Source of the DNA: a candidate division WOR-3 bacterium
GTDB taxonomy: Bacteria > Hydrothermota > 32-111
Direction of reading: 5' to 3'
DNA length: 60,713 nt
NCBI GenBank assembly: GCA_030592285.1
Contig: JAUVJU010000001.1
Location: 1 to 60,713, forward strand
The notes beneath the pieces are model-generated. The model was not told where the DNA came from. It did not search any database and saw only the letters and a list, made by a program, of their open reading frames with translations. Of the stretch, positions 27,555 to 36,431 are shown in pieces; the stretch's first letter is position 1; each line of letters starts with the position of its first letter. A program made the position numbers and the translations under genes.

Positions 27555-28718
27555 TTAAAATGTCATTGAAACATCAAAATTCATTTTTATATATCTATTT
27601 TTATATATAATACTATTATTTTCATATTCATTCTGAATATATTGAGTAGATAAAACAAAATCAATATTATTAATCTCATATACTGCACCTGCTGTAAAAC
27701 CAGCATCCACAACATGATTGTTTTTCCTATATGGTTCATATATGACTCCATATAATGTAGTGAAATCCTTTGTCATTTTATGTTCAATACCTATATGATA
27801 CTTAATAACATCATTATATTCCATATATTCACCATTAAGTTCCGACCATCTTTCATAAATTGCTTCAGCAAGTAATGAAACAGGTCTTAGATTAATAGGG
27901 GTATATTTAATACCCAATCCAAATATGGAAGGTATAAAACCATCCTGCCTATCTGCTGTAGAGATCGTATCAGATGCAATTATATCAATAGATCTTTCGC
28001 TTATCACAATTGTAGGTAAATGGTAAAAGACAGTTGCACTTAATCTATCAATATAATTATAAGATAAAGCAAAACCGCCTTTTAAACCCGAGTACTGTTC
28101 ACTAATACTCAGCATTGAATCTGTTTCTGATGGATCAACATATACAATATTGGATTTTGTTGAGGCATCTCCTTGAAGAATAGAAAAATTGCCGCCCAAG
28201 GTAAAACCCATTAAATTAAATGATGCAGAAATAAAATATGAATTTATATTCCCTTCAATGGAATAATTATCAGTATAAAGTGTTACATAGTAAGCATCCC
28301 TGAATATTTTATTATAATTGTAGTCCCTGCTATACAAATTTTCATATCCAATATATACACCAAAATTTGAGAGAGGTATATATGCACCAATAAAATATGG
28401 TTCTCCATAATAATATGAATTATCATATAATGTTTTTTCCCCAATATTATTATCATAAGAATCAAATATATATTGAGATCTTGATTCCCTGTAGTTCATT
28501 GCTCCAAATCCAATTCTGATATTATATTGCCCTCCATATAATTGCAGAGAAGGATTTATAATCGGATCTGCAATAAAGCACACATTCCCCATTCCTCCGG
28601 AATATGCACTTATTGGAGATACTATGTCACCAATTATCTCCTCTGAATTCATAAAGCCATAACTAAATACAAAAAGAGCCATTATTAAAGTTAATGCAAT
28701 GAAAAAAAGTTTTTTCAT
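27555..28718 (-). CDS. outer-membrane beta-barrel protein (PorV/FadL-like?)
   Basis: Signal peptide MKKLFFIALTLIMALFVFS, with ATG 28718 preceded by GGAGGA. Tyr/Gly-rich alternating strands, C-terminal ...DVSMTF. N-terminal GGMGNVCFIADPIINPS motif. Confidence 0.55.
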   Translation of the reverse strand: MKKLFFIALTLIMALFVFSYGFMNSEEIIGDIVSPISAYSGGMGNVCFIADPIINPSLQLYGGQYNIRIGFGAMNYRESRSQYIFDSYDNNIGEKTLYDNSYYYGEPYFIGAYIPLSNFGVYIGYENLYSRDYNYNKIFRDAYYVTLYTDNYSIEGNINSYFISASFNLMGFTLGGNFSILQGDASTKSNIVYVDPSETDSMLSISEQYSGLKGGFALSYNYIDRLSATVFYHLPTIVISERSIDIIASDTISTADRQDGFIPSIFGLGIKYTPINLRPVSLLAEAIYERWSELNGEYMEYNDVIKYHIGIEHKMTKDFTTLYGVIYEPYRKNNHVVDAGFTAGAVYEINNIDFVLSTQYIQNEYENNSIIYKNRYIKMNFDVSMTF

Positions 28719-28726
28719 TTTTCCTC

Positions 28727-31144
28727 CTACCATCTTATATCAAGCTGCATTGACAGATTGAATATTTGTTTATAATCAGCAAAATCTCTTATTAACATAA
28801 AATCACCGTTTTCATATCTATATTCACTTTCAGGATTATAGATCCCATACATTGGTATATCCTGATTTTTCATAGATGCTTTTGCTCTAATAGAAACATT
28901 TTTGGAAACACGGTCTATCATTGTAATGTAATATTTTAAGCCATCTCCATAGAGAAAGTCAATTCCAGTATCTTCAAATATCCATTGACTCATTCCATCC
29001 GTTTTCCATGCTGCTATACCACCCAAAACCGAGAAGTAATCAGTAATTCTATGTTCAAATGAACCATTTACATATGTTCCATCAATAATATTATCTTCTT
29101 TAAATTTTAGTGATGTTGTTAAATTAACCCTGCCATACCGAGCTTCAAAATTAAGATAATTATTATTACTTAATATGGTAAATATCCTTAGCGTTGTTTC
29201 ATTAGTAAAAGAATGTGTAGAGACCACACTTTTATACAGATTTTTCTCCTGAATTTTCTGTTTCAATCTAATTCTTATAGGAAATACAGGTCTATATTCA
29301 ATTTCTCCCTGAAATCTATAATTGTGTAAATTATAATCCATTGTTTTCCATATATCAATATATGCTTTTGTAATTGTTAATTTCTCAGAAATACGAAAAC
29401 GAGTTTCACAATATATACCCTCTTCGGGTTTTGGTCTTGGATCATCGGTAATCATTGTCAAAATAGGATCAATCAATCTATATTCTTTTTCAAAAGCAGT
29501 ATCATCAAATCTATTCTGTTCCGATAATGGTCTTGCATAAGGATTATCAAATCCTACATCATAATGCCTGAATATTGTTTTAAGATAAAAATTATTAAAT
29601 ATCATATCAGACCGTAGAATATAAGCATAAGCATTATTTTGTTTTGCTATTTCTCCTTCAAAAGATATATTCCTGAAATCTGTTCTGAAATCACAACTAA
29701 AAACATCTCTTACATTACCTGTAAAACCATCAGTATAGACCGGTGTAGAAATATTATCTTTATCATATGGAATATCTAGTACAAGTGTATCTCTAATAAT
29801 ATGCTTATCATAAGCAGATCTAAAACCACTAACTCCAATTTCCGTTGATAAAGGTAAGCCAAAAACATTTCCAAGATCAAATGCTAATCTTCCACCAAAT
29901 AATCGTTCATTCACATTCTCCGAAAATTCTTCAATAAATGTGTTTTGTAGAAGAAGAATATTGACCGAACCATCAGGATTCAAGATTGCATTTCTATTAT
30001 CAGAGCTTCCAAAGGCAAGGAAATTCATTCTTCCAATATTTCCATTAAAGGATAAACCCGTTAATTTAGTACTATAATTTTGTGTTACATCAGGAAATAA
30101 ACCCTTAATAATATCAAATCTTCTTGCTCTATATTCATTAGAGTTGTCCATTAATAATCCCTGTCCAATACTAACTCTATAATTTCCAAAAAAGATATTT
30201 TCAATAAAACCCAGATTTGTGAAATTAACATATCCCTTATATTTGTATTCTTCCTTACCTGCAAATTTTGTTAAGACACCGCCTGCATTAATATAATTCC
30301 CAAATCTGAAGCGTAATTTACTGGAAATATCACCATCCTTTTCCAAGCTGTCAAGCTGCAGAACCTCACTTAACATTCTCAATCTTATATTTCCAATATC
30401 CTGCTCACTCATTCCAGCATCAAGAAGTAGATCCCTGGTATTTGAGGTTCCCGGTGGAGCAATTTCTAATTCATCTACTGCACTTATAATAGAATATTTA
30501 AGACCTGTATAAGATATATAATTATAAGTATCATCATTTGACATATCAAGATTTGTTCTAAAATAACCTGAGAATTTCCAATCATCATTATCATTATATG
30601 CAATATAATTTCTTAATCTTGTCCAAGAATAATGTGTTAATCCGGGTGAGCGTCTTATTTGATTATCATATGAAAAATCCCCAAGAAGATTTCTACTATT
30701 TAATATTGCAACTGCATCTGTTATATTTACACCCTGTATTAATAAAAGATCATTTATTGTTGCATTATTTATATTCATTTTATTGATAAGCATATCTTCC
30801 CATACATCCATAGCACCCTGTGTTGGTGATTCTTCAGATGCTAATCGTTCTTGCAGCCGTACAATATATATTGAGGTTTTGTCAAGAGTAGTATCGGGAT
30901 AAATTGAAATTTTTCGTTTTAGAATATCAAATATTTCCGCATCAACTCCCTCTATTTTATTAAGTTCGTAAATACTCTTTAATTCCCCATGTTCAAAAAC
31001 ATACTGTTTTATGTTTTTTATAACTTCATCAGGAATCATTAGAGTATCAATAGCATCAAGAGACATATTATTAATATCAATCTTTTCTGCAAATACAGGT
31101 AATAAAAGTATTAATAATATGAAAACTGTTAATATTCTCTTCAT
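28727..31144 (-). CDS. envelope protein: two ComEA-type helix-hairpin-helix modules fused to a large beta-barrel-like region
   Basis: Signal peptide. HhH module 1: IDINNMSLDAIDTLMIPDEVIKNIKQYVFEHGELKSIYELNKIEGVDAEIFDILKRKI. HhH module 2: MNINNATINDLLLIQGVNITDAVAILNSRNLLGDF. The remaining ~600 aa are rich in alternating aromatic strands and end LDIRW. Confidence 0.6.
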   Translation of the reverse strand: MKRILTVFILLILLLPVFAEKIDINNMSLDAIDTLMIPDEVIKNIKQYVFEHGELKSIYELNKIEGVDAEIFDILKRKISIYPDTTLDKTSIYIVRLQERLASEESPTQGAMDVWEDMLINKMNINNATINDLLLIQGVNITDAVAILNSRNLLGDFSYDNQIRRSPGLTHYSWTRLRNYIAYNDNDDWKFSGYFRTNLDMSNDDTYNYISYTGLKYSIISAVDELEIAPPGTSNTRDLLLDAGMSEQDIGNIRLRMLSEVLQLDSLEKDGDISSKLRFRFGNYINAGGVLTKFAGKEEYKYKGYVNFTNLGFIENIFFGNYRVSIGQGLLMDNSNEYRARRFDIIKGLFPDVTQNYSTKLTGLSFNGNIGRMNFLAFGSSDNRNAILNPDGSVNILLLQNTFIEEFSENVNERLFGGRLAFDLGNVFGLPLSTEIGVSGFRSAYDKHIIRDTLVLDIPYDKDNISTPVYTDGFTGNVRDVFSCDFRTDFRNISFEGEIAKQNNAYAYILRSDMIFNNFYLKTIFRHYDVGFDNPYARPLSEQNRFDDTAFEKEYRLIDPILTMITDDPRPKPEEGIYCETRFRISEKLTITKAYIDIWKTMDYNLHNYRFQGEIEYRPVFPIRIRLKQKIQEKNLYKSVVSTHSFTNETTLRIFTILSNNNYLNFEARYGRVNLTTSLKFKEDNIIDGTYVNGSFEHRITDYFSVLGGIAAWKTDGMSQWIFEDTGIDFLYGDGLKYYITMIDRVSKNVSIRAKASMKNQDIPMYGIYNPESEYRYENGDFMLIRDFADYKQIFNLSMQLDIRW

Positions 31145-31152
31145 AAATCACC

Positions 31153-32016
31153 TCAGAAGTTATAATTTAATTGTATTAAATGTATGCCATTTACATATTG
31201 ATTTGCAGAGTATCCATAATCAATTGAAAATTTATTCAATATAATCTCAAACCCGCCGGAATATTCTATTGGGAATGATCTTACTCCACATCTTACAATG
31301 AAAACATCCTCCACAATTTCATAATTCACCGCACTGCCAAATGAAGTTGGCCAGCCAGCACTTTTAGAAACATCAAAAGATGTAATAAAATTATCATATG
31401 GTTCAAATGATATGCCTGCATTAACCACTCTCTCAATGTAATATCTATTTGAAGTCATAATTCCTGCAATATACGAGTTTGTAATATTTTTTACTGCAAT
31501 CCCCAAATTCCATCTTTTATAAATTGTTCCAATAAGCCCCATATCTACTGTATAGTAAATATTACTTCCATTATCAATCTGCTCTAAGTACAAAAGATTA
31601 ATATTGGTTCCGAAACTTAAAACATTTGCAAGTGGAATGCCGTATGTTATATTAACTATTCTCTCTGTATGCATCCTTGTTCCTGTTGAGATAATTGAAT
31701 CACTATTAGCATAATCACCAAGAACAAAATACTCGCTGAATTTTGCTCCCATAACGCCATACTGTGTCATATACGAGCCAGATAAGGCAAATGAATGTGT
31801 AAATCCATAAAGATTTTCATAGGATAATGATATATCTGAAATATTTGTTGCAGTTATTGATGCCGGATTGATCATTGCATTTTCAATTCCCATTAATAGT
31901 GAACTTGTGCAATACCTCATTGATTTTACTTTCACATTACCGGGTATATATTCAAATGCTGCAAATGACAATAAGGCAAAAAGAATAAGTGTGATAGTTA
32001 TTATATTTTTTTTCAT
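31153..32016 (-). CDS. outer-membrane beta-barrel protein (PorQ/PorP-like?)
   Basis: Signal peptide, LLMGIENAMINPASI motif, alternating strands, C-terminal ...QLNYNF. Confidence 0.5.
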   Translation of the reverse strand: MKKNIITITLILFALLSFAAFEYIPGNVKVKSMRYCTSSLLMGIENAMINPASITATNISDISLSYENLYGFTHSFALSGSYMTQYGVMGAKFSEYFVLGDYANSDSIISTGTRMHTERIVNITYGIPLANVLSFGTNINLLYLEQIDNGSNIYYTVDMGLIGTIYKRWNLGIAVKNITNSYIAGIMTSNRYYIERVVNAGISFEPYDNFITSFDVSKSAGWPTSFGSAVNYEIVEDVFIVRCGVRSFPIEYSGGFEIILNKFSIDYGYSANQYVNGIHLIQLNYNF

Positions 32017-32028
32017 ATTTGACCCCTA

Positions 32029-34020
32029 TCAGTTCAAAACAGTTGTAACAATAATTGGTTTTATTATTCTGATTACTTTTCCACCAAAAGTAATCTTCTC
32101 AACAACAAGTATATAGGAAGCAATATTCACAGGTGCACCGGCATGATTTTTCCCATCCCAGATAATTGTAGTTGAACCCGGAACATTTTCAGCAATGACC
32201 TTTATTAATCTCCCATTCATATCAAATATTCTTGCTGTTATTCGTTCATTATTAAGACATTCAATTTCAATTCTTGCTGTCTCTCCTCTTTCAAATGATA
32301 CTGGATTTGGAAAAACAGCCACAGATAATGTTGAGTCCTCCTCATTCTCTACAAGTTCAATGTCTTCCATAAAACGAACAAGTAATTGATAACCTGATGA
32401 GTATGGTTCCTCAGTATCATACTGTCCTCCAATACCTATTACATTAATAAGTAAACCTGGCTTTATTGTCTTCATTAGATTACTATTAAAAAGATCTGTT
32501 TTTTCATCTGCTCTTACATCAATAATTGTCTGCCCATTAAGTATCTGGAAGTTTTTGCCGCTTCCCAAAGTAACGGGAGCAGTTATTACCTTTCCATACT
32601 GCACTTCAAGCAGAGAACCCTCATTAAGTTCATTAACACCCTGCGAATTTATCAAGACCTTTGGTTCAACAATAGCTAAAGTGTCATTAATGATCATAAT
32701 ATCTGTTTCAGGTGAAGAGTATTTAACCTCGGTTAAACCATTATACTCTTCAACCGTACCTGTTATTAGTAATTCCATACCCAATTTGAAATTACTATTC
32801 ATTGCATCATTACCAGAATATATATTCACTCCTCCTGTTCCATCCTGAATATAAAATCCCGTTGAAGTTGATGTTGGAGAAAATATAGAGGATGGTCCTG
32901 TTACAATACCCTTAATTGTTACACTTTCATTTAAATAAATTGATTTATATCCATCAGTTGTTTTCTGCACCTCTTCTATATTTGTAATTTCAATATCCGG
33001 CATTATATTAATTATTGGAAATTCATTAATATATGCAAAATATGAAGGCGACAAGCCCGTGTAAACAGTAAATGTATCAGGTCCATCAAAATATAGTTTT
33101 TCAACATATACTGATATTGTATCAATTAAATGAGCATCATAAATATCAAATGTGATTCTGCTATTTAAAGAATCCTTATTAATAATCATAGAATCAACAT
33201 TACTGATAATATTTACCGAATCCATTAACGAATCAACATCAAATCTTACCCTGACAAAATCTATCACACCATAAGTACTGTCAACAGTTGGAAAAATATC
33301 AATACGGAAATTAACAAGTTCATTATTATCACAATACTTAGGATTTATTCTTGCTCCTCCACTGCCATCAAGGGATTTGAGAATGTCTTTATCACTAGAT
33401 GGCATGATCTTAAAATCACCATAATCATAGTCCACCACTCCTGTAAGAAAAATCAAACTATCTCCAATTACAGGTGTATAGGAATATTCTGCATAATCGC
33501 TTTCAGTTGCCCAGCATTCACCACTGCCATCATCAATTTCCCAATCCCCATATCTATCCTGAGTTGATACAACTCCTACATTTTCTACAATTACAAGAAC
33601 ACCTTCATATTTTTCTTTGGCAGTGTCAGGTACACTTTCACCCAAAGCAGCAGTGCTTATATTTATAGGAGCAGGCAGAATGTTATTTGAGGAATGAACA
33701 GTATAGTCCGATATATCCTTTATTTCCGTTTTATTATAGTACTCAGTAACAAGTCCTGTTACTGTTATATAATCACCTTCATTAAATCCACTGCCAAGAC
33801 TAAATAACTGTATTCCACTCCATTCAAATATGCCGAATGTATCCTGAATAAAAACATCTGTCCCATAAACCCGGGTTATAATCCCCGATACAGTTACTGT
33901 TTGATCAATATACGGAGAATCACCTGATGAGTCCTCTGTATATTGTATATCTCTTATAGTTAATGAAAAAAGAGATAATGCAGTTAGAAATATCAATGTT
34001 GTTATAACAATTGATTTCAT
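32029..34020 (-). CDS. surface protein with two ExeM/NucH-type OB-fold modules, no nuclease domain, and a T9SS/FlgD-Ig-like C-terminal tail
   Basis: OB module 1: TIRDIQYTEDSSGDSPYIDQTVTVSGIITRVYGTDVFIQD...GDYITVTGLVTEYYNKTEI. OB module 2: SVTIKGIVTG...GFYIQDGTGGVNIYS...LLITGTVEEYNGLTEV. Tail: VFPNPVSFERGE...ARIFDMNGRLIKVI...WDGKNHAG. The start overlaps the rpoN stop (ATGA). Confidence 0.7.
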   Translation of the reverse strand: MKSIVITTLIFLTALSLFSLTIRDIQYTEDSSGDSPYIDQTVTVSGIITRVYGTDVFIQDTFGIFEWSGIQLFSLGSGFNEGDYITVTGLVTEYYNKTEIKDISDYTVHSSNNILPAPINISTAALGESVPDTAKEKYEGVLVIVENVGVVSTQDRYGDWEIDDGSGECWATESDYAEYSYTPVIGDSLIFLTGVVDYDYGDFKIMPSSDKDILKSLDGSGGARINPKYCDNNELVNFRIDIFPTVDSTYGVIDFVRVRFDVDSLMDSVNIISNVDSMIINKDSLNSRITFDIYDAHLIDTISVYVEKLYFDGPDTFTVYTGLSPSYFAYINEFPIINIMPDIEITNIEEVQKTTDGYKSIYLNESVTIKGIVTGPSSIFSPTSTSTGFYIQDGTGGVNIYSGNDAMNSNFKLGMELLITGTVEEYNGLTEVKYSSPETDIMIINDTLAIVEPKVLINSQGVNELNEGSLLEVQYGKVITAPVTLGSGKNFQILNGQTIIDVRADEKTDLFNSNLMKTIKPGLLINVIGIGGQYDTEEPYSSGYQLLVRFMEDIELVENEEDSTLSVAVFPNPVSFERGETARIEIECLNNERITARIFDMNGRLIKVIAENVPGSTTIIWDGKNHAGAPVNIASYILVVEKITFGGKVIRIIKPIIVTTVLN

Positions 34021-35459
34021 TCTACCTCCTTAAAGTATTTTTTTCTCTTACTTGCAGGCAATATATCCATTATTTCGCGATATTTTGCCACTGTTCTTCT
34101 TGCAATCATAATTTTATATTGATCTTTTAGAATATCTACAATTCTCTGATCAGTCAATGGTGTTCTTTGATTTTCTTTTTCAATCACCTTTTTAATTATA
34201 TCCTTAACATTTGTTGATGATGTATTACCTTCTTCTGTTAATATTGAGCGGGAAAAGAAAAACTTGAATGGGAATATACCCTTTGCCGTATCAATGTATT
34301 TTCTATAAGTTGCTCTTGAAACCGTTGATTCATGAATCCCCAAATAGTTAGAAATGTCCTGTAATACCATAGGTTTTAAGGCGGAAATACCAAAATGAAA
34401 AAATTCCTTTTGAAGCATAATTATCCGTTCAGAAATATTAAGTAATGTTTTATTCCTTTTATTAATACCAGAAACAAGAAAAATTGCACTATTTAAGCGT
34501 TTTTTAAGAAATTTTTCTTCCTTTTTGGTCAATTTATTCTTCCCCTGCAATATATCAAGGTATCTTTTATTTAAATGAACCTCTGGAAAATAATTGCTGT
34601 TTATTTCAGGAATAAATTCATCTCCCTGCTTTCTCACTAAAATATCCGGTACAATATAATTAGATGACTTGCCCCATTCACCGTTTGCCGGTTTAGGATT
34701 AAGTTTCTTTATATCCTCAATTGCAATTTTAAATTCATCATTGCTAATATCTATTTTATTCGAAATTCTATACATTTTATTTTTAAGAAAATCATCATAA
34801 AAATCATTGATAATTGTAAATGCAAAAGTATCTGTCATTTTTTTATATTTAAGTTGTGTTAGAAAACATTCTCTAACATTCCTGCTCCCTACTCCTATAG
34901 GGTCTAATAATCTGATTCTATCCAAAATATTTTCAAAATTTTTATGAGTAATATTAAATGTCTTAATAATTACATTTTCAATGTTTTCCTCTTCATTTTC
35001 ATGATCTACTTTCAGAAAACCATCATCTGAAAGGGATGTTACAATAAATTCGGCAACTTCCATTTCAAGATGATTTCCAAATTTTATATGAACCTGTGTT
35101 AATAAATGCTGCTTAAAACTTATTGGCTCGGAATATATATCAACAGGATTAAAGTTTTCATGTTCTTTTTTCTTTTTTGAAAAATCAATGCCAGGTTTTT
35201 TCCAATCATCATGGTAAAAATATTCAAAATCAATTTCATCCTTTTTATCTGATTTAGATTCCTCTTTCTCCTTGATTGTAGTTTCAGATTCATCATCATC
35301 TTCAGACATTTCTTCTTCAAGAAATGGATTCTGTTCAATTTCATGCCTGATTAATTGTTGCAGTTCAAGACGCGGCATTTGCAAGATTTTCAACAATTCT
35401 AATAATTGCGGGCTAAGTATCTGCTCCAATTTGTTTTGTAATGACTGTGAGTGCTTCAT
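34017..35459 (-). CDS. rpoN: RNA polymerase sigma-54 factor
   Basis: RpoN box ARRTVAKYRE, HTH LGIHESTVSRA, acidic region II. Confidence 0.92.
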   Translation of the reverse strand: MKHSQSLQNKLEQILSPQLLELLKILQMPRLELQQLIRHEIEQNPFLEEEMSEDDDESETTIKEKEESKSDKKDEIDFEYFYHDDWKKPGIDFSKKKKEHENFNPVDIYSEPISFKQHLLTQVHIKFGNHLEMEVAEFIVTSLSDDGFLKVDHENEEENIENVIIKTFNITHKNFENILDRIRLLDPIGVGSRNVRECFLTQLKYKKMTDTFAFTIINDFYDDFLKNKMYRISNKIDISNDEFKIAIEDIKKLNPKPANGEWGKSSNYIVPDILVRKQGDEFIPEINSNYFPEVHLNKRYLDILQGKNKLTKKEEKFLKKRLNSAIFLVSGINKRNKTLLNISERIIMLQKEFFHFGISALKPMVLQDISNYLGIHESTVSRATYRKYIDTAKGIFPFKFFFSRSILTEEGNTSSTNVKDIIKKVIEKENQRTPLTDQRIVDILKDQYKIMIARRTVAKYREIMDILPASKRKKYFKEVE

Positions 35460-36175
35460 ATTCTAAATTTGTCTCCAAGATATAATTCTCTTGCTTTATC
35501 GCTTTTTATAAGTTCTTCGGCAGTTCCTGTTATAAGCAAATTGCCTTCATATATTATATGGGCAATATCAATTATTTCAAGGGTTTCCCTTACATTATGA
35601 TCTGTTATAATTACTCCAATATTATCTGATGCAAGTTCTCTTATAATACCCTGAATATCCTGTCTAACTTTTGGATCAATTCCTGTAAATGGTTCATCCA
35701 AAAGAAGAAAGGAAGGATTCACTGTTAATGCACGGGCAATTTCAACTCTTCTTCGTTCACCTCCTGATAATTTTGATGATTTTCTTTTCCTTAAATGCCC
35801 TATTTTCAATCTTTCAAGAAGAGATTCTTCTCTCCTTTTTTGTTCTTTCTCTGAAATACCAATCATTTGCAATATTGCCATTAAATTATCTTCAACACTT
35901 AAATTCCTGAAAACAGATGATTCTTGAGGTAAATATCCAATTCCTCTTCTTGATCTTTTGTACATTGGTTCATTTGTTATATTAATATCATCAAAATAAA
36001 TATTCCCGCCATCTGAATTTATCATACCTGTTATCATGTAAAATGTTGTTGTCTTTCCTGCTCCATTTGGACCCAATAAGCCCACTACTGAACCTGTTTC
36101 AACAACTATATTCAGGTCATTTACTACTTTTTTATTCCCATAACTTTTACTCAGATTATCTGCTTTTAATTTCAT
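35456..36175 (-). CDS. lptB: LPS export ABC transporter ATP-binding protein
   Basis: Walker A GPNGAGKTT, signature LSGGERRRVEIAR, Walker B LLLDEP. Lies directly upstream of rpoN. Confidence 0.9.
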   Translation of the reverse strand: MKLKADNLSKSYGNKKVVNDLNIVVETGSVVGLLGPNGAGKTTTFYMITGMINSDGGNIYFDDINITNEPMYKRSRRGIGYLPQESSVFRNLSVEDNLMAILQMIGISEKEQKRREESLLERLKIGHLRKRKSSKLSGGERRRVEIARALTVNPSFLLLDEPFTGIDPKVRQDIQGIIRELASDNIGVIITDHNVRETLEIIDIAHIIYEGNLLITGTAEELIKSDKARELYLGDKFRI

Positions 36176-36221
36176 CTTCTTTTCCTTTTATCTTATTGAC
36201 AATTTAAATTGTTATAAATAT

Positions 36222-36410
36222 CCGCGGAGAAGGAGCATTCTACAAGCTCATGACAAACAAGAAAGAAAATCAATGTATTCTTCAAATTATTCAGAATATA
36301 TCTTTTCTGCGGAGAAGGACAAGAAAAAGGATGAGCATCTGCGATTGACCGATTTGTATGCTTGCAATTCGCAGCAGTTCATCCGTTTACTTGTGTGACG
36401 GAGCAAGAAA
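36222..36410. repeat. mosaic intergenic repeat island 3 (between lptA-like and lptB)
   Basis: Contains two GCGGAGAAGGA units, the hairpin TATTCT-TCAAATTATTC-AGAATA (36276-36298) and a diverged M4 module (36351-36400 vs 40902-40951). Confidence 0.8.
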
Positions 36411-36431
36411 AGATAATAACAATAATTATCA

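Noticed and set aside
36199-36212. The perfect 14-bp palindrome ACAATTTAAATTGT just upstream of lptB, considered as an operator.
   Set aside because: AT-only palindromes of this length are expected several times by chance at this base composition. I found no second copy.
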